Positions 1 to 12,131 of a DNA stretch of 64,000 bases are shown here, piece after piece (positions within the stretch are counted from its first letter, which is position 1; each line of letters opens with the position of its first letter). Source of the DNA: Raja brachyura (taxonomy: Eukaryota); contig OY740804.1 of assembly GCA_963514005.1 (NCBI GenBank), positions 5,890,001-5,954,000 of the forward strand, read 5' to 3'. The notes under the pieces are model-generated. The model ran no database searches. It had not been told where the DNA came from and was given only the letters and a program-made list of their open reading frames with translations. Made by a program: the position numbers and the translations under genes.

Positions 1-468
1 TGGTATTGAGCATTATAATTTTTTATTGATTTCATTAATTGGCCTCATCTGTTTCCATATTTATTGTCCCACCTGCTTTCCACTGTTAGAATTGATCCTT
101 TTTTATTATTCCTGTCTATCCATATGGATTTTATTATAATCTTCCTTGCAGCTGCATTTTCTTTCTTTCAGGGTATTACACAGTTCTTTGTATCCTTCCA
201 CATCCCCAGTTTCTCTCTCCCGTGACTCCCAGTCTGAATAAGGTTCTCGACCCGAAACGTCACCCACGCTGCCTTTCCCGCTCTGTTTCTCCAGCATTTT
301 GTGTCTATCCACTCTGTATTCACTGTATTCACTGCTCCATCTCATGACTTATTTCTCTGTCTTCTCCGAATCCATTTAACCGTGTAATCTCTCATTCCCA
401 GTCTTGTAGCCATGCTCCAGCAATGAGGTCAGTAATTGGTGATCATGAGTTGTCCCCCCACCCCCTAG

Positions 469-558
469 TCCAACACACGTTCTCTCTCCAAACTGATCTC
501 CATTGACGCTGCTGCTTCGCCCAGACACACTTCATCAAGATTATGAAGCAAATAACAA
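469..558 (+). pseudogene. Putative 90-nt stalk exon of upstream Ig-receptor paralog (copy A), in-frame TGA at 494-496
   Basis: ccccctag|T CCA...AAC AA|gtaaat. Homologous to 10048-10137. Phase-2 frame reads PTHVLSPN*SPLTLLLRPDTLHQDYEANN and joins the TM exon in frame. Confidence 0.45.
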
Positions 559-626
559 GTAAATGTTTCAAAGATAAACCGTCTCGTTTCCTCCCATTGA
601 TTCTGTATCTCTTGCCCTTTGCCCAG

Positions 627-717
627 TTACATCTCATGGAAAGTGGGGCGCTGGCTGTTCTTTTTCCTGCTTGTGATCTGGAGTATCTCAAACGTGGTGA
701 TCACAAGAGGCTCTAAG
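627..717 (+). CDS. Transmembrane exon of CD300/pIgR-like receptor, copy A (YISWKVGRWLFFFLLVIWSISNVVITRGSK)
   Basis: gcccag acceptor and gtaggt donor. Hydrophobic stretch with N-terminal K/R. Homologous to 10206-10296. Confidence 0.7.
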
Positions 718-1334
718 GTAGGTTTTATTGTCATCATGTTCGTAAATTATATGAGCAGAATTGGGGCATTGAGCCCATCATATCTAATCCGCCCCCAATC
801 ACGGCTGATCTACCCTTCACTCTCGAATCAATTTTCCTGCCTTCTCGCCATAACGCTTGACATCCTTATTTCTCAAGAATATGAAAATCTCCGCCTTAAA
901 AATATCAATTGATTTGGACATGCAAAATTGCTGAAGTAGCTCGGCGGGACAGGCAGCATCTCCGGTGTGAATTGACTTGGCCTCCACAGGCTCTTGTGGT
1001 AATGAAATCCATAGATTCACCACCCTCTAACCAAAACAATCACTTCTCATCACCTAATGTATCCAAACGATTTCCATTAATGCTTTCGAATATCCTGTCC
1101 ATTGATAGAAACAAAAACCATGCACGTTTTCATATCCTGAAATTAAACCAAACCTCTATGTAGATGATATCACAAGGTGTTTTCAGGTTGTACGTGTGCA
1201 GGGTGGATTTCTGTGCCCGGTGTGGATTCATTGGGGTCCATATTCCAGACAGCAGTGTATTGGGAGTGGCCGTGTCAAATAAAGCGTGCTTCTCACTGTC
1301 AATGAATCTGATGACTTCACATTGTCTTTTGCAG

Positions 1335-1382
1335 AGACGGGATGAGTCAGAACCTCGCCACTCGGCCCATGAATTACAATGA
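1335..1382 (+). CDS. Putative terminal cytoplasmic exon, copy A (RRDESEPRHSAHELQ*)
   Basis: cttttgcag acceptor; phase 0 matches the TM exon donor; conserved with 12132-12173. Confidence 0.5.
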   Translation, partial: RRDESEPRHSAHELQ

Positions 1383-2064
1383 AGGCCCCTAGCTTGCATC
1401 AGCAGTGAGGGAGTTCTGCACCGTGATGAAATATTTATGCATCATCCTGCTTTGTCAACAGATATCTACTGGACAGAATATACGTCTCTTTCAATTCAAC
1501 TAATGATTTAATGAACGTGACTTCAAAGCAATGTTCCAAACTTTCCAAACCATATCTGTTTCCAAATCTCATTTCCCGCACTGATCTTAATTTTCGTCAC
1601 CTCTTCCAATGTTTATTTCGTCAACTTCGATTGTTGTTTTAACCTTTGCATGGTTTCCGTTGCTCCAGCATCTTATACTATGTTAAACTATACTATATGC
1701 GTTCAACGTGCTGCAAAAAAATGTTTTTCACTAATTAATGAATAATAATGCATCAGAAAGCTTCTTAATAAATTGTTATTGTCGCTAAATGGTTTGTCTA
1801 ATTTTTTTTGTGTAGATTGTAACTTTAGTGGTGAAGAACAGACTGCAATCAGACTGCTGGATAATCCTCCTGTTGCCAACCATTAAATGCGTTTAGGAAA
1901 GGCAATCAATTAATTTTTCACACCATGCTATTCTAGCAGGACAAAATTATGCAACGACATTGTTTTGACTATTAACATTATTTTTCTCTCCATGGATGTT
2001 GACTGACGAGCTAAGCACATCCAACATCTGCAGATTTAATTTCCGATATGCAACTAATTTTTAG

Positions 2065-2720
2065 GTTGGAAGGAACTGCAGATGCTGGTTTAAACTGAAG
2101 ATAGACATAAATTGCTGGGGTAACTCGGCGTGACACGCGGCATCTGTAGATCGATCAAGGTTGGTTGAGGCGGAATGAGCTGCAGTGTTCAGCGAAACAA
2201 TCGCCGAGCCTGCGCGTGTTCTCGCTTCACGGTGATCGTTTCGCTGAACACCGTCTCTCAGTCCGTCTAAATGTACCTGATATCCCGGTCCCTAAACACT
2301 TTAACTTCCCCTCCCATTCCCACACTGACATTTCAATCCTGGGCATCCTCCATTGCCATAGTGAGTCCCAGCTCAAATTGGAGGAACAGCTCCTCATATT
2401 TCGCTTGGGCAGCGTACACCCCAGCCATGTGAACATTGACTTCACTAACTTCAAGTAACCCTTGCTTTCCCTCTCAATCCACCCCCCCCCCCCCCCTCCG
2501 ATTAGTGTGACAGTCTCCGACTACATTTTATCTCTAATCGCTTTGTTGTTACCTACTCCCAGCTATCAATGATCTATTCTACATTTTCCTTTGATCTGCA
2601 TACCCTTTGCCCCATTTTCACACCTTACAGTTCCTTATCCAAGTATCTCCGTCTCCCCTGACTTCAGTCTGAAGAAGGGTCTCGACCCGAAACGTCACTC
2701 ATTCCTTTCACCCAGAGATG
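2065..2720 (+). mobile_element. Penelope-like element 3' fragment (GIY-YIG C-terminus plus pLTR with hammerhead motif at 2666-2699), with inverted 5' piece
   Basis: ORF 2165-2458 contains GDRFAEH...HFN.PSHS...LEEQLLIFRLG; agtCTGAAGAagggtctcgacccGAAACgtcact. Confidence 0.85.
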
Positions 2721-3796
2721 ATGCGCCACTCAGTGGAAATCCAATGGACTGGTGTGTAGTACGTAACGGAACGTCACGGCCGCCATTTTGACGGACTGTC
2801 TCCCCATGTGTAATCCGCTCCAAAGCTACAGAGCAGTTGTAAGCAAAGATTATAGAGGAGCAAGATGCATTGGAAAGTTATTGGATTTATTTGTAATAGA
2901 TCTTTACTTACCTCTCGATCCCTCTCTCTCCCCCTCTCGATCTTTTTCTCCCTCTCGATCCCTCTTTCTCTCCCTCTCTTTCGATCTCCCTCTCCCTCTC
3001 TCCCCTCGATCCCTCTCTCCCCTATCTTCTCTCGATCTCCCTCCCTCCCCTCCCCTCCCCTTCCCTCTCTCTCTTCCCCTCCCTTTTCCCCCTGTTCCCC
3101 CATTTCCCTCGCACCTTTCCTCCCCAGCCCCTCCTTTGCGTAGTTTACCTTGCATTGTACAGCTTCCCTTGTATTGCTTTAACACACACTGTGCACACAA
3201 TTACAGGCACACACAAACACACATTCATATAAATATATGGTGGGACAGATAGAAGCAAATCTTTGGATAGAAGAGCTTATTAAAATCTTCCTACAAAGAC
3301 CATTGTGTAATTTATTTCTATCCTCTTTTGGGCCGAAGGCATAGCAGGGCTGCAACTCTCACACAGAGGAAAGGGAGGGAGAGAGGGAAATCGGGAAGAG
3401 AGGAGAGAGAAAGAGTTCGAGAGGGGAGAGAAAGAGATCGAGAGGGGAGAGAAAGAGTTCGAGAGGGGAGAGAGAGCGATAGAAAGAAGAGAGGGTGATC
3501 GAGAGAAGAGAGGGGATAGAGAGGGATCGAGAGGTAAGTAAAGATCTATTACAAATAAATCTAATAACTTTCTAATGCATCTTGCTCCTCTATAATCTTT
3601 GCTTGCAACTGCTCTGTAGCTTTGGAGCGGATTACACAGCGGCAGATCGAGAGACGAAGATCATAGAGAAGCTCAGTTTCCCAGTAGACGCCATAGTCGA
3701 CACCATCTCTGGTCCGCTAATATGGCGTCGACAATCACACACGTGATACTACGCCTTTTCCACTGAGTGGCGCATCTTGCTCCTCTATAATCTTTG
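2720..3796. mobile_element. Foldback/MITE-like element with long inverted arms and CT-/GA-rich internal tracts
   Basis: 2808-2930 is the inverted complement of 3510-3638. Motif caaagattatagaggagcaagatgc occurs at 2844 (+), 3577-3601 (-) and 3772-3796 (-). Confidence 0.7.
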
Positions 3797-4038
3797 ATGC
3801 TGCCTGTCCAGATGAGATACTCCAGCATGTTGAACAACAATATTTTTTGATTGTGATTGAAAGATACAGCATGGATACAGACCATTTGGCCCACGAGTCC
3901 AGGTCAACCAGCAATCAACCCTTTCACATTGGTTCTATATCACCCGACCATCGCGTCTTTTGAGTACAGTAATATTGATGCTGCAACGAGTTATTCATTT
4001 TGTCCACCGTGCAAATGTGTTAAAGGACTATAAATAAT

Positions 4039-4350
4039 GGCCACGGTGGCGCAACAGTAGAGTTGCTGCCCAGCGCTTGCCGCGCCGAAGACCCGGGTTC
4101 GATCCCGACTACGGGAGCTGGCTGTACGGAGTTTGCACGTTCCACCGTGATCACGTGGGGTTTCTTCGCTATCTTCGGTTTCCTCTCACACTCCATAGAC
4201 GTACAGGTGTGTAGGTTAATTGGCGCGCTATAAATGTAAATTGTCCCCAGTGTGTGTGTGGGGTAGTGTTAATGTGCGGAGATTGTCAGTGTGGACTCGG
4301 TGGGCCGAAGGGTCAGTTTCCGCGCTGTATCTCTTAACTAAACTAAACTA
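4039..4350 (+). mobile_element. tRNA-derived SINE (HE1/V-SINE-like)
   Basis: A/B-box-like head (ggtggcgca...ggttcgatccc), central tgtacggagtttgcacgt domain, (ctaaa)n tail. Confidence 0.8.
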
Positions 4351-4478
4351 TCTGAAGAAGGGTCTCGACCCGAAACGTCGCCTATCTCCTTCGCTCCTTA
4401 GATGCTGCTGCACCCGCTGAGTTTCTCCAGCTTTTTGTGTAACCCTCGATTCTTCAGCATCTGCAGTTCCCTTTTAAA
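4351..4478 (+). mobile_element. Short Penelope-derived element with minimal hammerhead motif
   Basis: ctgaagaagggtctcgacccgaaacgtcgcc; nearly identical to the 6631, 11971, 12280 and 13960 copies. Confidence 0.8.
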
Positions 4479-5672
4479 CTATTGGAATGTCTGTTCTTGT
4501 GCAGAACAAAATGGTTGAGTTGCAGCTTGCAAAGCGCGGGGTGTGAAACTGCAAACACATTGTGTTGATTTCCTCAGTCTGACTTGTGGCTGTAACCCCG
4601 CCCATGAAAGAGCCATGAAGGATGTTGTTTGAAACTAAGAAATTGTGACCTGCAAAAACGGCGTAACCACCATAAAGTTCGGTTGCCACAGATAGACACA
4701 ACATACTGGAGCAACTCAGCGGGACAGGCACCGTTGTTTTTAGAGGTGGATGCTGTCTTGGAATGTACTTTAATTTAAAATGTTCAAACACTAATGTTTT
4801 TCTTTACACTGAATTGTTCTACAGTGCTGCCACTTTGCTCGCGCTGCTGATACAAGGGTGTGTAGATTCGTATCTTTGAACCGTGTCTTGCAAGCAGCTC
4901 GATGTAACACTGCTGAGCAGTGTTTTGCAGAAGTCATGGGTCAAAGCAGGACGAGGATTAAATTAAATTGTTCTGCTGCATCGTCGGTTCCTGTCTGTAG
5001 CGTTTTTGGGAGGAAACAGGAAATAGCTAAGAACCAAAAGATCCTTTTCCGAGAGTCGCCAACGCTCACCTAACATCAGTGGCGGACACATCAGTGTGTT
5101 GCACCGATACCACGTCATGCACAACATTGCCACAGATGTACATAACCCGAATAAACTGCACTGATCTCCTGAATATAACACACCCAGGAACATAGCCCGC
5201 AGCAGATGACATGTTATATTATCATGCAACCATTTTCGTACAAAATTAAATTAATCATCGCAAACAGATGTACAAAGTCAGCAAATTATAATTACATGAA
5301 CACAACTCTGCTAATTTATTAGCTCTGAATTACAATTGGGCAGGTCCATGGATAAGAAAGGTTTGGGGAGATATGGGTCAAACATGGACAATTTTGACTA
5401 ACTTAGATAAGCATCTTGGTCTAACGCATCTTGGTCTAACGCGGGGAGAAGTGTCTGTTTCCGCGCTATATGTCTCTGTGACAATCTGACCAAACCATTT
5501 GTTAAATATAACCCTGAGCCTTTCACACTGTAACGTGTCGAGCTGCTGCTGGCTCGCTGTGGTTCACGATCTGGCTTCCTGATCCAATCTTCCTCATTGC
5601 TATTAGACAGATGCGGTTGTATCTGAGAGCTCAGAGCTGAGCGACAGACAGAAAAGTGCTGGCCTTGTCACT

Positions 5673-5721
5673 ATGGATAAAACAATGTGGATTCCCATTC
5701 TTCTCATCTCCTCGCTGCGTG
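5673..5721 (+). CDS. Leader exon of CD300/pIgR-like (MDIR-like) receptor, copy B (MDKTMWIPILLISSLR)
   Basis: ATG plus hydrophobic signal core; phase-1 G|gtgagt donor; joins the V exon as ...LR-V-SDAVWGER. Confidence 0.85.
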
Positions 5722-6630
5722 GTGAGTGAAAGCCAGAACTAAATATTCTAATAATCAATGTTAGTTGGGGTCCCGTGTACTCTTTCCATAGTAGAGATGG
5801 ATACGTATGTGTAGACATGTAATGGGGGCAATGGAACTCAGTGCATTGAGGTGCCGGCGTGTCATTTATTTTATCAGAATTTTATGTTGTCCATTATGCC
5901 TTTAAATCAGAATACAGTGTTGTTTCATATCTTTGATACGCCATAATGGATTGGCAATATAAAGGAAGTTTAGCTGACAGAGTCCGGGCAATGAAACCAT
6001 TTTATTTCGTGAAAGAGTAACATGCTCATAGCTAGTCAAGTTTTCAGGAAGCAGAAAAGGTGGAATTAATGTCGCAGATACAATTTCTCCCGCTCACATT
6101 AGCTTCTGTGGAACTAATGGCGCTGATATATTTTTCTCTCGCGTTCACATTGGCTTCAGTTCTATAAAATCCAGTCGCAAAACATGTTGTGATCCTCAGA
6201 TCATGGCACTGTTCTGCTCGGCAGCTGACTGGCGTGACTGACTTACTCTTAAAATTTGGAGTCATCCCCTACACGCTCTTTGTAACTGACCGTGTAGAGT
6301 TGTCCGCTTCACCCACATGGCACATTATCGATTCTGCCCTAGAATTCAAATAGATTTAATTGTTTTGTTACTGATTTTCGCCGGACGAGGGTAGCTCACA
6401 AGGCCAGTATTTGTTGTCCTGATCTCTTCTTTGTTCCTTTCTGGGCAACGGGACTCTTCGGAGCCAAGCTCATTGTGAGGGCTCTGCAGTCGATTGTAAG
6501 CAAGTCTGGGTAGGACTGGTAGATGGGGTTTGGTGATAATGTCGTGCCTTCATGGTCACCATTGCTGCTATAAGTTTCCTAGTCCTATAAATATTTAATA
6601 CAATGGATCCGAACTCGCTATGTATCATAT

Positions 6631-6733
6631 GGGTCTGAAGAAGGGTCCCGACCCGAAACGTCGCCTATCTCCTTCGCTCCTTAGATGCTGCTGCACCCGC
6701 TGAGTTTCTCTAGCTTTTTGTGTAACCCTCGCA
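6631..6733 (+). mobile_element. Hammerhead-bearing short element in receptor intron 1
   Basis: Intact core at 6635-6665, flanked by duplicated atgtatcat (6620-6628, 6734-6742). Confidence 0.8.
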
Positions 6734-7607
6734 ATGTATCATGTTAGGAACTGAGATCACATCTGAATTTCCAGACCAAGTTAGTAATTTAGCCAATGTT
6801 GCAACATGGTCAAATTGCACCCTAAGGATTCTTTATATGCATAACACAGCAACTACATTTGGAGCATATACTCCAAGACAACTGTACCAAAGGATAGAGG
6901 TTCAGACATCACCAGGAATAGACAATAGACAAAGGTGCAGGAGTAGCCATTCCGCACTTAGAGGCAGCACCGCCGATCACTGAGATCATGGCTGATCATC
7001 CACAATCAGTACCTCGTTCCTGCCTTCTCCCCATATCCCACGACTCCGCAATCTTTAAGATCTCTATCTAATTCTCTATTGAAAGCATCCAAAGAATTGG
7101 CTTCCACTACCTTATGAGGCAGATAATTCCACACATTCACAAGCCTCTGTGTGAAAAGGTGTTTCCTCTTCTCCGTTCTGAAGGCAGTGGCAGCGGTGAA
7201 TGTCTAAACACGGGTCCGGCCCAGCATCGGTTGAGAGATGAATGTTGGCAGCGCAGCCGGCGGCAGCGCCAATTAAAAAGCAAAGTGGGGTTTTCTGAAG
7301 GGTCGTGAGGCCTGGCACCGCCTGGAACTGTTGAAAGGCAGCTCCTGCAACACTGCCGCGCTCCCCCAGCACTCCCAGTTTCTGCTCAGGGATCTGGAGT
7401 GAACCTAAAGTGTACTGACCCGGGGACAGAACACTAACACAACTGGTACAATAACAGCACTGCCTGCACTTCAGACCGTAGACATTGCCGTGAAGCAATA
7501 TGATATATCATGGAACGATTTAAGTTTTCTTTAATATAATATTCAAAATGTGTCTACTTTCATGAAACAGTTCAATTCCTCTCAGTTCTGAAAGCTTCCC
7601 CCTTCAG

Positions 7608-7928
7608 TTTCAGATGCAGTGTGGGGAGAGAGGGATGTAAGAGGAGTTGTGGGAAGAGCGATCACAATCGAATGTTACTATGCAGCCGAGTACCGCTCAC
7701 ACACAAAATACTGGTGCCGTGTGCGGAGTCGCCAATGTACAGATATGGTGGAAACAATGGAGCAACATGAACGGAGTGGAAGAGCGTCAATCAGGGATAT
7801 CCCGGCACGAGGAATGTTTATTGTGACGGTGGAGGATCTTCACTCTGGAGATACAGGACGGTACCGATGTGGAATTACTGCACCTGGCAAAGATCCAATG
7901 TTTCACCTACATCTCCAGGTATTTGACG
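7608..7928 (+). CDS. Ig V-set exon, CD300/pIgR/TREM type, copy B
   Basis: ITIEC, KYWC-x6-C (extra C-C' disulfide), FIVTVEDL, DTGRYRCG. Phase 1-1, 321 nt, ccttcag / gtaggt. An alternative in-frame acceptor lies 6 nt downstream. Confidence 0.93.
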
Positions 7929-8209
7929 GTAGGTTCCGCAGCGATTGACGACGTCTCCACTGAAATGCCTGATCCATGTTTTCTCCGGGAAGGGTCAGGG
8001 CAGCACCGATATCCCGAGGCTCCGCAGCAGCGCAGAGACCTGCGGGGAGCGGGCGGGGGTCGGGAAACCCCCACTCATGTTGCTCACACCCAGTGCGGGC
8101 TCTGTCCCACTGAGCGGCCACCCACTTCAAGTGGGATGCTCAGCACATTTCCCTGCCTCTGAACCGTTAATTTGCAAGTCGAATCGGTAGTAAAGCAGGC
8201 GAATGCAAT

Positions 8210-8580
8210 GCTAGGATTTATTTATGGAATGTTAAAGCTGGGATGTAATGCTGAGGCTCTATAAGGCGCTGCTCAGACTTATAGAGCAGCCTGGCCCCAT
8301 ATCTGAGGAAGGATGTGTTAGGTTTGGAGAGGCTCCAGGGGAGGTTTACAAGAATGATCCCAGGAATAAGTATGTTAACAAATGCTGGCCTGTACTCGCT
8401 TGAGTTTAGAAGGATGAGGGGGCACCTCATTGATACTTACGAATAGTGAAAGGCCTGGATAGAGCGGATGTGGAGAGGATGGTTCCACTAGTGGGAGAGT
8501 CTCGCGCCAGAGGCATTACACATAGAATAAATGGACGTACTTCAGAAAGAAGATAAGGATGGATTTCTTTAGTCAGATGG
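8210..8580 (+). mobile_element. CR1 LINE 3' fragment
   Basis: Similar to the CR1 ORF2 3' end at 48230-48650. Confidence 0.75.
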
Positions 8581-9217
8581 ATTACTTCTAAACAGAGATG
8601 CTGCCTGTCACGTTGAGTTAATCCAGCGTTTTGTTTCTGCCCATGTATCGGACTAATTGTTTATTAAACATTGCGATAGTCCCTGCCTCGCCTACCTCAT
8701 CTGGTAGCTCGTTCCATACACCCACTGCCCTTTATCTGAAAGAGTTACCGGTTACAAAAATTCCGATTAATATTTTCCCTTATCTCTTAAAATTGCCCAA
8801 CCTCTATTGCTCAGACCCTTGACTGGCGTGACTGGATTGTCCTGCCAATCTCATCGTAACTCTTCTCCGCACCCTCACCCACATGACAACATCTTTCCCA
8901 TAACATGGTATCCAATGCCCAATTCAGGCATCTTGCAATATGGAGACATTGTGGGGGGGGGGGGGGTTGGGGGGGGGGGGGGGGGTTGGGGGGGGGGGGG
9001 TGGTAGATAAGATGAAAGACACTAAAAACTGTAGTAACTCAGCGAGTCAACCACCATCTCTGGAGAAAATAAATATGTGGCCTTTTGGGTCGAGACCTTT
9101 CTTCAGTCGATAAGCTGGTAAGGTTCAAGTCTGGTGGGTCCTGACTGAGATATAGAAATTTTAAAATGTGGAGAAGGTTTTTCAGATGTCTACTCAATGT
9201 ATAATTCTTTCCAACAG

Positions 9218-9538
9218 AACCCGTGTCTGTTCCTGTACTTGGATTCCAGTCATCGGGCAACGTCTCCTGTTTTGCGGATTCAGTATCTGTGTCCTGTGAG
9301 TCCCACGAGGGATCTCTTCCCATTGTATACACATGGTTTAAGAGGACCCCCCCTGTGGATTCAAAGATGTCAGATACCAATAAATTGGATCTACATTGCC
9401 TATCCTTGAACCAGCAACACCATCAATATTACTGCGCAGCCACAAATAATCAGGGAAATATATCGAGTGAAGTTGTCAATGTGGACACCTCCAACCATGA
9501 CGGTACCTGCACCATGGTCATAAAGGTGAATGGCAATG
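9218..9538 (+). CDS. Ig C2-like exon, copy B (EPVSVPVL...VSCESHEGSLPIVYTW...YYCAATN)
   Basis: ccaacag acceptor, G|gtaggt donor, 321 nt, phase 1-1, canonical C/W/YYC residues. Confidence 0.92.
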
Positions 9539-9877
9539 GTAGGTGATGGAGGGCTTGATACTTCAGGGTGGTCATTGTGGTGGTCAACCGGCTGGAGTTT
9601 TGTGCTGAAGGCTCTGTTACTGGACGTTCCCTCATGTGTGTGAGCGCCATAGCATCATCACCCCGAACTCGATTCCTCCATCCACACATCTACCGCGTTA
9701 ATCCAAGTTACATCGAGTGATCTGAGATTATGTTTAAATTATTTTATTAATTGGCCGGATCTGTTTGCATATTTCCTGCCTTGCCTCCCCTCCACCATTA
9801 GCAATTGTTAATATTCATGTACACCCATGTGGATTTTATTATAATCTTCCTTTCCGCTGCGCCTTCTTTCACCCAAG

Positions 9878-9950
9878 GAATTACACGATATTCATCGGTT
9901 TCACGACTACGCCATCTCATGTCTTCTTTCGCTGTGTTTTCTGAATCCAT
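9878..9950 (+). CDS. Candidate 73-nt stalk exon, copy B (GITRYSSVSRLRHLMSSFAVFSES)
   Basis: The only segment I found that converts phase 1 (C2) to phase 2 (TM) without a stop. Weak sites: acccaag / AT|gtaacc. Confidence 0.3.
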
Positions 9951-10047
9951 GTAACCCCGAAATATGTCATTCCCAGTCCCGCAGCCATGCCCCAGTAATT
10001 AGATCAGTAATTAGTGATCATAAATTGTCCTCCACCGCCCCCATCAG

Positions 10048-10137
10048 TCCAACACCCGTTCTTACTCACAGCTGATCTCCACTGGCTCTGCTGCTTCGCC
10101 CCGCTTCACTCCACTAAGGTTAGGACGTAAATATCAG
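10048..10137 (+). pseudogene. Putative 90-nt stalk exon, copy B, TGA at 10073-10075 plus two later stops
   Basis: ccatcag / AG|gtaaat. Same length and same first stop as 469-558. Confidence 0.45.
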
Positions 10138-10205
10138 GTAAATGTTTCAAAGATAAACCGTCTCGTTCCCTTCCAGTGATTGTGTATTTCTTGCCCTTTG
10201 CCCAG

Positions 10206-10296
10206 TTACATCTCATGGAAAGTGGGACGCTGGCTGTTCTATCTCCTGCTTGTGATCTGGAGGATCTCAATCGCGTTGTTCACATGCGGCACTGTG
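10206..10296 (+). CDS. Transmembrane exon, copy B (YISWKVGRWLFYLLLVIWRISIALFTCGTV)
   Basis: gcccag / gtaggt, 91 nt, homologous to 627-717. Confidence 0.7.
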
Positions 10297-10873
10297 GTAG
10301 GTTTTATTGTCAGATGTTCATGTTCATAACTTATATGAGCCATTTCAGCCCATCAAGTCTAATCCGCCATTCAATCACGGCTGATCTATCTATCCATCCC
10401 AATCCCGTTCCCCTGCCCTTTCCCCATAACCCTGGACACCCGTACTTATCAAAATAGTCTCAATCTCTGCTTTAAAAATATCTGTTGACTTGGACAGAAA
10501 CAAAATGCTGGAGTGACTCAGGGGGACAAGCAGCATTTCTGGAGATAATTGATTTGGCTTCCTCAACCTTCTGTGGCAATGAATTCCACAGAATCGCCAC
10601 ACTCTGACCAAAGAGATTGCTCCTCGTCGCCAAATATATCAGAGAACGGTTTACATTAAGAATTACATTGGAAAAAAAACGTGCACCTTTTCATATCCCA
10701 AAGTCAAACCAACGCTCTCTGCAGATGATATCACACGGTTTTGTCAAGTTGTATGCCTTCAGGGCGGATTTCTGTGCTTGGTGTGGGTTTACTGTATTCG
10801 ATCTTCCAGACACAATTGTGTTGCGAGCGGTCAGGTGTAACAAACCGTGGCTCCCAGCAAAACCATATGGAAT

Positions 10874-12065
10874 TGTTAAAGAAGGAACTGCAGATGCTGG
10901 AGAATCGAGGGTACACAAAAGGCTGGGGGTGCAGCAGCATCTAAGGAGCGAAGGAGATAGGCGACGTTTTGGGTCGAGACCCTTCTTCACACTTGTTAGG
11001 GATGCATTCTTCAGAGAACGGGGATTCCCCTCCCCCACTATAGATGAGGCTCGCACCAGGGTCTCCTCCATACCCCGCAACAGTGCCCTCTCCCCCCATT
11101 CCCCCACTCGCAAAAAGGGCAGAGTCCCCCTGGCCCTCACCTTTCACCCCACCAGCCGGCACATACAACACATAGTCCTCCGCCAGTTTCGCCACCTCCA
11201 ACGTGACCCCACCACTCGCCACATCTTCCCATCTCCCCCCCTGTCTGCCTTCCGCAAAGACCCCTCCCTCCGCAACTCCCTTGTCAATTCTTCCCTTCTC
11301 TCCCGCTCCACCCCTTCCCCGGGCAATTTCCCTTGCAACCGCAAGAGATGCTACACTTGTCCCTTCACCTCCCCCCTCCACTCCTTTCAGGGACCCAAGC
11401 AGTCCTTCCAGGTCCGACAGAGGTTCACCTGCACCTCCTCCAACCTCATCTACTGCATCCACTGCTCCAGATGCCAGCTGATCTATATCGGTGAGACCAA
11501 GCGGAGGCTTGGCGATCGTTTCGCCGAACACCTCCGCTCGGTCCGCAATAACCAACCCGACCTCCAGGTGGCTCAGCACTTCAACTCCCCCTCCCATTCC
11601 GTATCCGACCTCTCAGTCCTGGGCCTCCTCCACGGCCAGAGTGAGCAATACCGCAAGTTGGAGGAACAGCACCTCATATTCCACTAGGGGAGTCTTCATC
11701 CTCTGGGCTTAACCATTGAATTTTCACAATTCTGTTAACCCTTGCTGCCTCCTCCCCTTCCCACCTCTCCCTCAGCCCTCGGGCCCTGGCGTTCCCTCGC
11801 TCTCTATCTCTCCCCCACCCAAGTCGCACTAGCTTCTCATTTTCACACCACAAACAGCTTACAATGGCCCGTTTCCTTTATCATCGATACTTTTTTGCAT
11901 ATCTTTCATTCATTGTTCTTTATCTCTCCACATCACCGTCTATATCTCTCGTTTCCCTGATCCTCAACCAGTCTGAAGAAGGGTCTCGACCCGAAACGTC
12001 GCCTATCTCCTTCGCTCCTTAGATGCTGCTGCACCCGCTGAGTTTCTCCAGCCTTTTGTGTACCC
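10874..12065 (+). mobile_element. 5'-truncated Penelope-like retroelement: inverted pLTR (10874-10990), linker plus GIY-YIG endonuclease (~11000-11690), 3' pLTR with hammerhead (11970-12004)
   Basis: ORF 10617-11687 contains CNRKRCYTC, NLIYCIHC...IYIGETKRRL..RFAEH. Inverted terminal repeats. Confidence 0.92.
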
Positions 12066-12131
12066 AAAGACCCTATGGATCTTTGGTTCCCAGCATCAAT
12101 TAGTCTGATGACTTCACATTGGCTTTTGCAG

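Larger units (their letters stand above)
1..5140 (+). repeat. Segmental duplication unit A (3' part of receptor gene plus intergenic DNA)
   Basis: Collinear similarity with ~9710-14388, e.g. 1-170~9715-9880, 1120-2060~10680-13000, 4480-5140~13205-14388. Confidence 0.85.

Noticed and set aside
2774-3252. Long Pro/Ser- or Arg/Glu/Gly-rich ORFs
   Set aside because: Translations of CT/GA low-complexity DNA.
8953-9003. Long G runs as a functional G-quadruplex
   Set aside because: Homopolymer tract in an intron; length is unreliable and there is no supporting context.
10617-11687. 356-aa ORF as a host gene
   Set aside because: Chance read-through from intron and inverted pLTR into a truncated Penelope ORF; no RT core.
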